Both the position numbers and the translations under genes were made by a program. The notes under the pieces are model-generated. The model worked only from the letters and a program-made list of their open reading frames with translations, was not told the origin of the DNA and ran no database searches. From Candidatus Thalassarchaeaceae archaeon (lineage in GTDB: Archaea; Thermoplasmatota; Poseidoniia; Poseidoniales; Thalassarchaeaceae), in the NCBI GenBank assembly GCA_029940695.1, contig JAPYUP010000005.1, positions 1,120-65,119 on the forward strand: 64,000 nucleotides of DNA, read 5' to 3'. Shown here in pieces: positions 19,893-30,700 of the stretch (positions are counted from its first letter, which is position 1; the number at the start of each line of letters is the position of its first letter).

Positions 19893-22583
19893 TCAGTCAT
19901 CGTACTCGTTGTTGAGCGACTCGACCATCAGACGGTTCTCGGAACGAGAGCGGGCAAACAAGTAGAGCACGAGGAGCGAACCCACCACTATGACCGCAAT
20001 GGCCAGGACATCCTGCATCTCGTCGGAGAGTGCACCAACCCCCAGAGTGGAAGTCATCGTCAAATCCACGGGTTGTCCTGCGACTGGTAGGTCCTTCGGC
20101 TGCACTGTGATTGTGAAAGTATAGTCGTCCTCAGCGATCATCTCGTTTGGGGGCGTCACCCTGACCTTGACCTCTCTGGTTTCACCCGGGTCTAGTTCGA
20201 ACTCGTCGCTAATCACATCGACCGTCCATCCCCTGAGCGAATCGCTGGACAGGACTTCGACGTCCTCCACCGTATTGCCATGGTTTGAGACATAGAGGGT
20301 GAATTCAGAGTGCTCTGGATATGGAGCCTCCTTCTCGTCAGAGGACTCCAGTGTGAAGCGAAGGTCGTGAATGGTCCTGATGTCCACTGCGATATCGACG
20401 AAGGAGGGAATCTGGGCCGTGTTCTTCTTCGAAGTGACGCCTATCCTCAAGACTCCCGAAGTTCCGCTCTCGATTCCCTCTAGGACTTCGAACTCTATCT
20501 CGACGAGAACCTGGTTATTCGCGGGGACCCTGACGTCTCCTTCGACCTCGGAACCATCTACGCTGACGGTCCGGAGAACCGATGAGTCCATTCCTGTAAT
20601 CGAAATCACGACGTCATCGGCGCCGCCGTCCCCGGTGTTGGAAATCCAGAGAGTCAGCGTGGTGGAACCTCCTGGGGGTAGGGCCATGTTCATCAATTTC
20701 GGATCGTCCCCTGGATTCTCGAAAGCCACGGCCATGCTGTAGTTGTAGATGGAGACGATGACAGACACCCTGTCAATCATCAGAACCTCCGTTCCGACGA
20801 TGCCGATTCTGACTTCGAACTCCTCCGACTTGTTATCGGCGTTGTCCGAGACTAGGACTTCCAAATAGATGCGTGCGGTCTGCTCGGAATCGAGGGTTAC
20901 CAGAGTGACGTTGTTGCCCTCGAAGTCTTTGAATCGGGTCGGCCACTTGGTCTGTTCGCAGGTGTCGTTGATGTCTGGGTCGCAGGAGCTTAGTCCATAC
21001 GAATCCTGAATGTTGCCAGTGTTGGTTAGATCGATGGGAAAGGCAACCCATTGCGTGAACCTGCCAGTCTGGGAGTCTGAGGGGAAGTCCATGCTCCCGC
21101 TGTGAACCGGCGCGACCGTCACTATGACAGAGACCTCGTCATGAGTGGTTCCGGATGAGCTCACTATGAAAGTAATCGGGAACTCGGTGCCTGCTTTGCC
21201 GCTGGATGGGACAGTGATTTGCGCTTGCACGTACACCCTGTCGCAGTTTGTCGATGTCGTGCAGTGCCTGCCATCCACGGTAACGGAGTTCGTCGAAAGG
21301 TCCACCTGCCAACCAGGAATGAGGTCCTTGACTCCTAGGGCGTAGGTGTCTTGGCCGTTCCCGGTGTTCGTGACTTGGATTGAGGTCGACTCGGTGGCGC
21401 CTGGTTGGACGTTGCTCAGCGTCGGTTGGGTGAGCGAGAGTGAGGCATCTCGGACCTGCCCGAGAGTCACCCTGAGGATGGATTCACACCCTACGCTGCT
21501 GCCGGCTCGACCCTGGATGTAGACGTCAATCGTGCCGGGCTCGACGGAGTCGTCGGGAACTATGACAAAGTCGAAGATGGTCGAGTCCTGAGAGCCACCC
21601 GGCTCGGATAGCAGCCTGCTGGTAGGGGTGTCGAACTCCACCCAATCACTAATGTCGTATCCCTCAGCCATAGCAATCGCACTGACTGTCCAAGCCGTGT
21701 TGCCAGTGTTCACCAAAGAGAAGGAATTGGTTGCCGATTCTCCAGGGTCCAGCGTGTGAGAGGAGGCTTGCAACGAGGAGTCGCAGGTCTTCACCTCGGG
21801 AATCTTCAGGGTCAGTGGGATGCTGTCGTTGGCCTGATCGAGCGTGTTTGGGTCACTGGTCATGGTCGCCTCCATGGTGAAGCAGTGGTTGCCGGAATCG
21901 GTGGAGCTGCCATCGGGCAGATTCACCATCACGGTGGCTTCCTCCGACTCGCCCTCGCTCAGGGACATTTGCTGCGGATCTACACTGGCATCGAGGCCGT
22001 CCGAGTCGCAGTCGCTGGATGAGGTCATGCTGAGCTGAATGGTCTGATCGCCATCGGCCTCACCAGTGTTCTCGACGTCGACTATCCACTCGACCTCGTC
22101 TTCCTCTCCGTCATAGTTGATGGCGCCATTGCTGGGATTGGAATAAGTGAGCGTGACGGAGTACTGGCCACCGCCTTCGGCGGACGTAGTCACCTTGATA
22201 TCCCCGTTGGCAGTTTCTATTCCTGCAACTCCAGTAGCAGTCACCGTAGTCTCGCATTCTCCTGATGCTTGGTCGTTGACGCTCACCGTTAGCGTCCTGG
22301 CCTCTGAATCGCCTTCGTTCAAGGAGAATGGGGTCCCTCCGTTCTCGATTGACGAGGTGAAGCCGTTGCAGTCCGAGTCCTGCGAAGTGCTCATGGTTAC
22401 AGTCAGGTCCTCATCACCATCGTTGGTGATTGTGATGGTGTACTCGGCCGGGTCGTCTGTGGTGGCCTCCTTGGCCATGGAGTCCGCCGTCAAGAACAGG
22501 GAGGCCGCAGCTAGCACCGTTGGCGCGAGCAGTGAAACGAGAAGGAGGGCAGTGAAAATGGTCGCTGAGTCAGGCCTTCTCAT
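19893..22583 (-). CDS. Secreted, C-terminally anchored protein with ~7 tandem Ig-like (CARDB/NEW3, COG1470-like) domains
   Basis: Signal peptide; repeated xNxGN/D motifs (ITNDGD, VENTGE, VNTGN, TNTGN x2, SNTGD, SNHGN); paired Cys; C-terminal TM. Confidence 0.75.
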   Translation of the reverse strand: MRRPDSATIFTALLLVSLLAPTVLAAASLFLTADSMAKEATTDDPAEYTITITNDGDEDLTVTMSTSQDSDCNGFTSSIENGGTPFSLNEGDSEARTLTVSVNDQASGECETTVTATGVAGIETANGDIKVTTSAEGGGQYSVTLTYSNPSNGAINYDGEEDEVEWIVDVENTGEADGDQTIQLSMTSSSDCDSDGLDASVDPQQMSLSEGESEEATVMVNLPDGSSTDSGNHCFTMEATMTSDPNTLDQANDSIPLTLKIPEVKTCDSSLQASSHTLDPGESATNSFSLVNTGNTAWTVSAIAMAEGYDISDWVEFDTPTSRLLSEPGGSQDSTIFDFVIVPDDSVEPGTIDVYIQGRAGSSVGCESILRVTLGQVRDASLSLTQPTLSNVQPGATESTSIQVTNTGNGQDTYALGVKDLIPGWQVDLSTNSVTVDGRHCTTSTNCDRVYVQAQITVPSSGKAGTEFPITFIVSSSGTTHDEVSVIVTVAPVHSGSMDFPSDSQTGRFTQWVAFPIDLTNTGNIQDSYGLSSCDPDINDTCEQTKWPTRFKDFEGNNVTLVTLDSEQTARIYLEVLVSDNADNKSEEFEVRIGIVGTEVLMIDRVSVIVSIYNYSMAVAFENPGDDPKLMNMALPPGGSTTLTLWISNTGDGGADDVVISITGMDSSVLRTVSVDGSEVEGDVRVPANNQVLVEIEFEVLEGIESGTSGVLRIGVTSKKNTAQIPSFVDIAVDIRTIHDLRFTLESSDEKEAPYPEHSEFTLYVSNHGNTVEDVEVLSSDSLRGWTVDVISDEFELDPGETREVKVRVTPPNEMIAEDDYTFTITVQPKDLPVAGQPVDLTMTSTLGVGALSDEMQDVLAIAVIVVGSLLVLYLFARSRSENRLMVESLNNEYDD

Positions 22584-22682
22584 CGAATGACCGACTCAAT
22601 CGCCCCTCTAAGGGCTTCGGGCACTGCGTGCGCCAATTATCGCGGTTCTGATAGGTGTTGCAAGGTCGTTGGTTAGTCGAGT

Positions 22683-25600
22683 TCACTCTCCCTTGTGATC
22701 GGGGTCGGGCACCCATTCCTGTTTGCTCGGGTCCCATAGCCAGCCAGGGTACTCCGAGAAGCGCTCCAGGTTCGGTTCACTCTGCTCGGCCTCTAGCTCG
22801 GCTTCCTGTTCGGAATCCCACCACTTCTCGTCTTCGTCTGTAGGATATGCATCATACTCAGTCGACTCCCGCCGCTTCCCGACTGAAGGCATCCGGTCCA
22901 GTAGGACTTTGAGGTTGCCACCAGACTTCTGGTAGAGTATGGCTGCGGCGCCAGCGAGTGTCACAATGAGAAGGATTGCGAGTCCAAAGACCCAAATCGG
23001 TGTCCCATCGTCCGAATCATCAGGGATCACGTCGATTTGCAAGCTGATGCTATGGCCGGAAACGTGCTCGGCATCTGCGAGCATCAACACCACCTCCCCA
23101 TCGGATCCCGAATTTGGGATGAAGGAGATCTGCACCGATCTCGTCTCACCCGGCTGCATCGTGACTAGGATACCATCCAGAATCCTAATGTTCCAACCAG
23201 TGGGCCCTTCGGAAACTAGACGATTTGAGACTACGGAGTTGCCGGTGTTCTGCAGCTCGAAGTACAGAGTCGTAGAGTACCCCTCGTGAGCCTCGTTCAT
23301 GTTCTGGAGCGTCCACGTGACCTCGTTCACGATTTCAACCAGGAGGGAGACGGTGTATCTTGACTCGATTCCACCGTCCGAGAGGACGAGGGTGATTTCG
23401 GGTTCGGAGCCTGCTTTCTCGTAGACTGGGATAACTATGGTGCACCACACAGTGGCTGTTTGGCCGGGAGTAATCTTTGAGGGGTTGACTGAGCATGTGG
23501 AGGACCAATCTTCACCGGGTAGCTCCATGCTCGCATCTGGCTGCCAGCTCGACGAACCGTCATTGGTGACCTTCCACGCCATGTCGAAGCCTGGAGCCCC
23601 GACAGGATGAGCTCCAGACCCCAATGGGGTATCGGACGATGAGCCGTTGGTGAAAGAGACCTCGTAGAAGGATATCGTCGGAACGGCGCTGGAGATGACT
23701 TGGAGAGTCCTGTTCCAATCAACAGAGAAGCCGTCGTCCGTTAGGAACCGAATCTCCACTAGACCGCCGGAGGCCAATCCGTTGCCCTGAATCGAGAAGG
23801 ACCATTCAGTTGATGAGCCTCGCTGTATGGAAACGTTGTCCAAGCCACTAGGAATCGTCCATCCCCCAGGCAGCGCTCTGTCTATCGGTGTCAGCAGCAA
23901 CTCACGGTTCCCCTGATTGGCGATCTGGAGGGTTATCTCGTGCAGGGCATCAGCGGTCACCTCTGACTCGGTGCCACCAGAAGTCGGTGTGAACTGGATG
24001 GAATCATAGACATCGATGACCAGGGGCAAGTCATATGTCCACGTATCAGAACTGACTCTGGATTTGACTACCAACTGGGCGTTGAAAGTCGCACCTGCGT
24101 CGATTAAGACCCCCGGCGGCTCGATGCTGATTCCCACAGAAATCGAGCCTTCCTTGCTTAGCGTTCCAGTGGATCCCTCAGCGGAGCCTGGGAATGGGCC
24201 GATGTCGTCGAAGCCGAGATTCCATCCGGCGGGGGAGACCAGTTCGACATCGTAGGTCTGGGCACCGTTGCCTTGGTTCCGTATCTCTACCTCCAAGTTG
24301 GTGTTCTCAAAGGAGTTCGCTGTAATCGACTCTCCGGGCAGCGTGACATCGGGTTGGGCTAGCACGGGAACGTCGAAGAAAATCTCCAACTGCGACTCGA
24401 TGTCGTACTCCACGTCGGTTGCGGTAACGACTATCACGTAGGTGCCGGGTTCTGGAGAGGCTGGGTGAACCAGTGTGAGATTGACAGTAGTTGACTCCGC
24501 TGGTCCCAGGTTGATGTTGAATGCGTCAAACGCCTTGAACCAGTCGAATGAGGCCCCGTCCCTGGACCTCACCGGGTCAGATGCGTCGATGGTGGCGTTG
24601 GTCTCGAACAGAGCCAAGTTGGTCATCACAATGGCCCAAGTGGTCGTAGTGTCCGTTGCATCGCCTAGCGTACTCCAAGGTAAGTCGGACGAGGCCTGAA
24701 TCCCGGGTGCGCTGACGGGCACGATTCTCACGAGGATGTTGTTTTCCTCGGAGAGTTCCTCGAGCTGGTCATTGGGGTCTATCTCAATCCTGATCTCTGT
24801 TTCGACTGCGAAGAAAGGGGTCCAGTCCCATTCCAGAAGAGCGTCCTCACCAGGGGACATCCCCAGGGTCTTGGTTCCGATGTGATTGCTGTTCACATAA
24901 GCAGAAACATGAACTTCTGGGAAGGAGCCAGAGCCTTGGTTGACGATGGAGACCGAGAACTGAGCCTCCTCTCCGACTTGGGGTATCGGTGTGGATATTT
25001 CGAACGAGCTAGGGATTACTGCGGGATCAGGGATCAGGTCGTTGACGTTGACCCCCCTGACCGCTATCGCAAATGGTTGGTAGGTCCTGCTTCCACCATG
25101 TGAGAAGTCCTTGACCTTGACGTTCCAGACACCTGTAGCAGCGGAGTCGATGAGGACGACTTCGACGTTGTTTTTGTTGTCCTTGGTCCCCCCTGTGGTC
25201 GACTTACCGTTGCTGAAGTCATTGCCAAAGTATGTGACCTGCCCGTCTGGAGAGGTGACCTCCAGATTCAGGTCGTTCCTCAACTGGGTATTGGACCAAG
25301 TCGACCCCGGATAGTCCGACCATGTGAGTACCACCTTTAGAGGCTCACCAGCACGGGTGACATCGAAGTTGTACTGCGCCAGCTGTCCGCTGGATAGACG
25401 TGATCTGTCATCCACATACGTCCCAATGTCACCATCGGGAACCAAAGTGTTGACGAGGTTCAGCCTCCCCCATCCTTCGTCTTCGTTGGGGATGTCACGG
25501 GTGCCCATGTCTACAGCACCGAGAATGAGCATAGCCTTCACCAGAGCTCCTTGAGGAGCCGGTCTCTCGGCAATCTCCATCAGGTACTCCCTGACTATTA

Positions 25601-27149
25601 CCGAGGCTCCGGCAGCAGCCGGCGTTGCCATCGAAGTTCCGCTATATTCCACATACCACTGATTGTTGAGATTGTTGGGTGCGTCCTCGGCCTCCTGTGC
25701 CCTGCAGGATCTCACATAGTCCCCAGGGGCAACTAGATCAGGCTTGATCCTGCCATCATCCGTGGGGCCTCTGCTGCTCCAGTAGTACATCTCGTCGGGT
25801 GAGTCATACCTGTTTACGTGAGCACCCACGGTAATCACGTTCTTCGCCGTCCCAGGAGGTGAGATCCCGTCATCCCTCTCGTTGCCCGCCGCGAACAGAA
25901 CCGTCATCCCCTGATAGGCCCAGTACTGATCCCAAGTGGAAGTACGATCGTCAGCGTCCTCCGCTTGGGTGGTGTAGTCGCCACCGGAGCCTAAACTCCC
26001 CCAACTGTTTGCGTGAAACCTAGCTCCACCCGAGTTGTAGGCGGTGCTTAGCAGCGTGTAGACCCCAGGTCCACCCAAAGTGCCCGTATCATCATCCTCC
26101 ATGGCCTGCAAGTAGAGTTCCGCCTCTGGGGCCACGCCCTCGTAGGTACCGGTTCGGAAGCCTGAGCCAAGGACCGTACAGGATACGTGGGTACCATGTC
26201 CATCGTTCGTGTCGGCTGTCGAACCATCGCCCGAGACGTCGATTCGCTGCACAATCCTATTGCCGAAGTCTCCATGGTCATGATCGATGCCGGTGTCCGC
26301 CACAGCAATCCTCTGACCGCTGCCGTTTAGGCCTGTGATGAATGTCGTCTCCGCTACGTCGACGCCCATGTGGGAACGGACTTGGTCGTTGAATATTGAG
26401 AGAGTGGGGGTGGGGGCGAGAAACGCGGTTTGCGGATGCATGGCGATGTCTATGGCTTCGGATGTCGACAGCAACCCGAAGTGGATGCCGCCCCCGGGGG
26501 ACCAAGGCTCTTCCAATGATAGGTGTGCCAAGTCGTTCAATGACCCCCCCAGTCCGAGTCCAGGAGTATCTAGTCGGTTGAGTTCCGCATCCTTCCAGCC
26601 TAGCAATTCGACCTCTGTGGAAGCATCAGGAGCGCGGTCCCATAGCAGGCTGTGGAGAAGCAGTGCGACAGGCACCTCGTGGCTCGAAGTAACGATGGAC
26701 AGGCCGCTAACGATCTCTAACTCCGCCCCAGTTCCCTGCACGAGGAAGCCAGAGGGCGGAATCGTCGATCGGATCGCCACATCGGCCGAGTCGGAAATCT
26801 CAATACGAGCGTCCCACAGACCGACCTCAGAGTCAATGAGGACGATTATGAGGTCGGGTCGAGGTGCCTTGAGACGGTCTGGAAGTTCAGTGCTCAGAAA
26901 GAGGCCCGAATCGGTGTAGATTCCGATTGAAGAATCGGCTTGAATTGGCCGTGAGGTCTCGGAACCAGACTGTATCGTCGGAGCACCGAGGTTCCTGATG
27001 CTGTTGGGATCCGGGGAGATTTCGATTCTAGTGACCTGCGGCTCAAGGGGGCTTGCTTCGTCAGAGTCGATATTCGCGTCATGGCTTGTTATCGGAGTGT
27101 AAGAGGCGAGCAGCAGGACTAGAATGAGTACCGAGACTTGCTTTTTCAT
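22683..27149 (-). CDS. Membrane-anchored subtilisin-like S8 serine protease with C-terminal Ig-like/CARDB repeats
   Basis: Catalytic triad VADTGID / GHGTHVSCT / SGTSMATP, oxyanion AAGNE, GRIKPDLVAPG; signal peptide; TM near the C-terminus. Confidence 0.92.
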   Translation of the reverse strand: MKKQVSVLILVLLLASYTPITSHDANIDSDEASPLEPQVTRIEISPDPNSIRNLGAPTIQSGSETSRPIQADSSIGIYTDSGLFLSTELPDRLKAPRPDLIIVLIDSEVGLWDARIEISDSADVAIRSTIPPSGFLVQGTGAELEIVSGLSIVTSSHEVPVALLLHSLLWDRAPDASTEVELLGWKDAELNRLDTPGLGLGGSLNDLAHLSLEEPWSPGGGIHFGLLSTSEAIDIAMHPQTAFLAPTPTLSIFNDQVRSHMGVDVAETTFITGLNGSGQRIAVADTGIDHDHGDFGNRIVQRIDVSGDGSTADTNDGHGTHVSCTVLGSGFRTGTYEGVAPEAELYLQAMEDDDTGTLGGPGVYTLLSTAYNSGGARFHANSWGSLGSGGDYTTQAEDADDRTSTWDQYWAYQGMTVLFAAGNERDDGISPPGTAKNVITVGAHVNRYDSPDEMYYWSSRGPTDDGRIKPDLVAPGDYVRSCRAQEAEDAPNNLNNQWYVEYSGTSMATPAAAGASVIVREYLMEIAERPAPQGALVKAMLILGAVDMGTRDIPNEDEGWGRLNLVNTLVPDGDIGTYVDDRSRLSSGQLAQYNFDVTRAGEPLKVVLTWSDYPGSTWSNTQLRNDLNLEVTSPDGQVTYFGNDFSNGKSTTGGTKDNKNNVEVVLIDSAATGVWNVKVKDFSHGGSRTYQPFAIAVRGVNVNDLIPDPAVIPSSFEISTPIPQVGEEAQFSVSIVNQGSGSFPEVHVSAYVNSNHIGTKTLGMSPGEDALLEWDWTPFFAVETEIRIEIDPNDQLEELSEENNILVRIVPVSAPGIQASSDLPWSTLGDATDTTTTWAIVMTNLALFETNATIDASDPVRSRDGASFDWFKAFDAFNINLGPAESTTVNLTLVHPASPEPGTYVIVVTATDVEYDIESQLEIFFDVPVLAQPDVTLPGESITANSFENTNLEVEIRNQGNGAQTYDVELVSPAGWNLGFDDIGPFPGSAEGSTGTLSKEGSISVGISIEPPGVLIDAGATFNAQLVVKSRVSSDTWTYDLPLVIDVYDSIQFTPTSGGTESEVTADALHEITLQIANQGNRELLLTPIDRALPGGWTIPSGLDNVSIQRGSSTEWSFSIQGNGLASGGLVEIRFLTDDGFSVDWNRTLQVISSAVPTISFYEVSFTNGSSSDTPLGSGAHPVGAPGFDMAWKVTNDGSSSWQPDASMELPGEDWSSTCSVNPSKITPGQTATVWCTIVIPVYEKAGSEPEITLVLSDGGIESRYTVSLLVEIVNEVTWTLQNMNEAHEGYSTTLYFELQNTGNSVVSNRLVSEGPTGWNIRILDGILVTMQPGETRSVQISFIPNSGSDGEVVLMLADAEHVSGHSISLQIDVIPDDSDDGTPIWVFGLAILLIVTLAGAAAILYQKSGGNLKVLLDRMPSVGKRRESTEYDAYPTDEDEKWWDSEQEAELEAEQSEPNLERFSEYPGWLWDPSKQEWVPDPDHKGE

Positions 27150-27230
27150 CTGAGTACTCCCCTATTCAGATTCAATTTGAGGCTATGGGTTCCACGGTAA
27201 TCCTGCCGTGTGATTGGTTGGTTGGTTGGA

Positions 27231-27791
27231 CTAGAAGACTCTGAACGGAGCCTCGTCCACGAACACCTCCCTAGTCCAATCGCCGACCTTGTGAGTCCAT
27301 CTCTCCGAGCCATCGCCACCATAGTATTGGTAGTTCAGGATGATTTCGATCGTGTATTGCTCCCATACCGATTGGCCGACGACAATCATCTCTAGATTGT
27401 CTCCAGCGATGGAGGTGTGGGCGGCGATTTCGTCTATAGCGAAGTCAGAACGGCCTTTTTCAATCCCGTCTGCATCGAGGAACCTCATTGTCAGGATGAC
27501 ATCTTCTAGGGTCCTGCTGCCCTTGTTGTCCAATTCAGCGAGTACGACATGGCCGGAACCTGCCTGCATGTAGGCGACATCCACATCGACATTGTCATAG
27601 GGGACAACCCATATTAGGACGAACAAAGAAGCTGAGAGGATTAGGAACGCGGTAATCGAGGCGAAGACCACGCGAGTTGGAGTGATGACTGCGGCAGCGC
27701 GCTCCCCGATCTTCTCGAGAATGACGTGGGCGGCCTCGGAGTCCTGGTCCTCACCAGTTTGGGTACCCACCTTCTCCAACAGGCCCATCAT
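27231..27791 (-). CDS. Single-TM protein with FxLYD-like Ig domain
   Basis: One TM followed by LDNKGSRTLEDVILTMRFLDADG; 4-nt overlap with the upstream giant ORF. Confidence 0.6.
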   Translation of the reverse strand: MMGLLEKVGTQTGEDQDSEAAHVILEKIGERAAAVITPTRVVFASITAFLILSASLFVLIWVVPYDNVDVDVAYMQAGSGHVVLAELDNKGSRTLEDVILTMRFLDADGIEKGRSDFAIDEIAAHTSIAGDNLEMIVVGQSVWEQYTIEIILNYQYYGGDGSERWTHKVGDWTREVFVDEAPFRVF

Positions 27792-30700
27792 CCATCACCC
27801 CATAACGTCGCAACCAAAGTGAAGATGCCAGAAGAAAGCGGCTCTGGGGCCATGATGTGACTTGTGGTTCCAGAGAAACCGGGAACCATGTTGAGCAGAG
27901 ATAGGTCGGATGCCAGGCCGTTGACACCCAAAGTCGTACCAGAGGGTACTCCACCCGTCGTCTGTGCATCGAGCAAGACACCTCTGAGGTCGAAGTCCCT
28001 GTTGTTGAAAGTCGCGGAAGCCCTCGCAGACACGATGATGCGCCCGCCCTGAACCTCCTCGATCTCTATGACGCTGTAGGCCCCAATAATCTCCCTAACA
28101 TGAATCGTCGCGCTCTTCAGATTCTCTCCTAAAGCCTCCATCTCTTCGAGGACGATCGGCGGCATGGTTGGGACGTTCGTTGCGCGCATGTACAACCTGT
28201 CGACACCATCTCCTCCCGACCTGACGTTCAGGCCATACGACGTAGTGGGCTTGATGACCAGCCTGTCCGACATGCCCTCGGCCAGCAGAACGATGTCCCC
28301 CCTGCTGTTGATAGCCCTGCCGAGCGCCTCAATGTACAACGACATCCCCTCACGAGAGGCAGAGAAGTCGAGGATTGGCATTCCTTGGAAGGCTATGTTT
28401 TGGGTGATGTCGAAGTTCAGGTCCGGTTCGGTCGTCAGATTCATCGAACCCGGAACTTCGGTCAGGAACATGGTTGCCGGCCACCACGATCCATCCATCC
28501 ACTGCATTTGCTGGAGCATGATTGAGCCTACACCAAAGCCGTCGGTCCTGTACTGCTCCGGAACCGTCATGTCAATCGAGAGCGCTGTGCCTAAACTAGC
28601 TTGGATCTCGACTGACTCCGGGATGTCCTGAACCATCATCTCAGTCCGACTGCCTGCCTCCCTGTCAATGAGCAGGGCGTGGAACCAATCAAGTCTGGTG
28701 GACATCCTGTACAACGTAGAGGTGGAGACCTCGGTGATGCCTCCCACTGTATCGATATTGAAGACCGAGTCGAGTAAGAGCGAGGTCGAAACACCTGGCT
28801 CAAGGCCTTCGAGAGTAACGAAGAGGTCTTGCCCGTTGATGTCCTTGTAAACAAAGATGAACTCGGAATGCTGCGGTTTCCATCCATCGAGGCCGAGGCT
28901 GACAGCCCAGCTCTGGCCATTAGTCGTAGCCGTTCTTGAGATGGACAGGTCGATGGTGGGGGGTAGATTGGGTATCCAAGTCCTGAAGTGGAATCCATCG
29001 GCTATTCCCGAAGGAGCGGAGTTTAGGGACATCCCATGTACCCAATCGGGGTCTTCAACCACTTGCTCTCCCATTGAAGAATCCACCACTAGGTCGAACT
29101 CGGTGTCAGCCTCCATTCCGAGTCCGAAAGAGAATCCGTCCTCCCCCGATACCGATCCGGTCGATATGTCAGTGGTTATGCCTGCGAGAACGCTATTGAC
29201 CGAACGTCCTAGGTCGGCAAAGCCGCCGATGAAGAAGGCTATTCCCGACAGGCCGCTCGAGGAATTTAACTGCGGGATTACCAACGATGGCCCAGATTGT
29301 GAGCCGGTGGGGATCTGCAGTGACACCGTCGATGGTAGGGGATCAATCTCAGCGAGGACCGTTAGGGGTGACCTTTCGCTGGTAGGAGCGTTTCCAACGT
29401 TTATCATAAACGGGTTCGAGGTCCCGAAGGTCGCATAGGCACTACCCATACCGGCTGAGCCAGAGGCCCCCTCTACCTGAGGTGGAATCCAACCTACTTC
29501 ACTTAGACCGGAGATCCTCGAAGAGAGGGTGGAGGCATCGGTAGAAGGGTCGTGATGGAATAGGAAATGGTCTCCGGACATCGACAGTGGTGATGACGAA
29601 TTGCTCAACTGGACCTCTATCTCAGTGATTTCAGACGGGGAAGACCAGGAGAAGGCATTCCCTGAGGTGGTTGTGAACGCAGCTGGGAACCCCGAGATCC
29701 TCGCAGCTTGACTTTGCTTCCCATCCATCCCGGTGTACACTATTGAGGCGATTGGGGTAGAAGCACTATACTCCATCCCATTTGGGGTGATTCTGACTGA
29801 GATATTGTCAGGGAGGTCTGATAGCATGATTGATTGGTAGGACGATCCGTTAATTTGACCGGTATCGTGATTGATGAAGGTTACAGACAGAGACTTGTTC
29901 GACTGAGTATCAAGACTGATTGATTGTTCGTCAGAGTTGTCTGAATCTACAAAGGAGAAGGCCTGAAGCATGCTCAATCGGATGCTAGCGGCGACTGGTA
30001 CCAGTGGGTCTACGGGACCGTGGTCGGTTTGTATGGTATTCAGACCGCGATCTTGGGCAAGAATAACATGATCACCCGGTACAATTGGGTGTTTGGAGGA
30101 CCCTATCTGCATACTTAAAGATTGGATGGGATAAAAGGACCTGCTTTCTCTCCAGTTGTCTGTGAGCAAGAGGTGGAAGGACCGGCCGTCAAGTCCGTCT
30201 CCACCACCCACCCCTCCACCAATAACCTCGACCATCGAAGAGGGGATTTCATTGAGGACGTTGCCAACGTCGAGGAACAAATCGACTATGTTGAGGATTA
30301 CTGAGTCCATAATCTTGGAAAAGAAATCGAGGTTTTCCGTAGAATCGAGTGAGGTGTCGGGGTCTTCTGATCCCCCTAGGCCGAATGAGCCGAACACAGC
30401 AATTGCAGTTGGTATGGAACTAGCAGTGATTTTTATTCTCCTGTGGTCCTCCTCCAGTCCACCCCTAGTAAACCAAGACGTGTAATCCACTGACTCTAGA
30501 GACTGCTCTGAGCGCAAGACGACTAGGCTATTGGGAGGGTATGCTGGATTGATGGGCAGGGTAGGGTCGTCGACGTTCTGACTCGTGTCCCTAGTGAAGT
30601 TCTTGATGCCGATGATCAGACCGAGTTTCTCAGGTAGACCCCCGGGCAACTCGGGGCTGTCTGCTGAGCCGAGCATTCTGAAAATCCTGCTGATCTCGTT

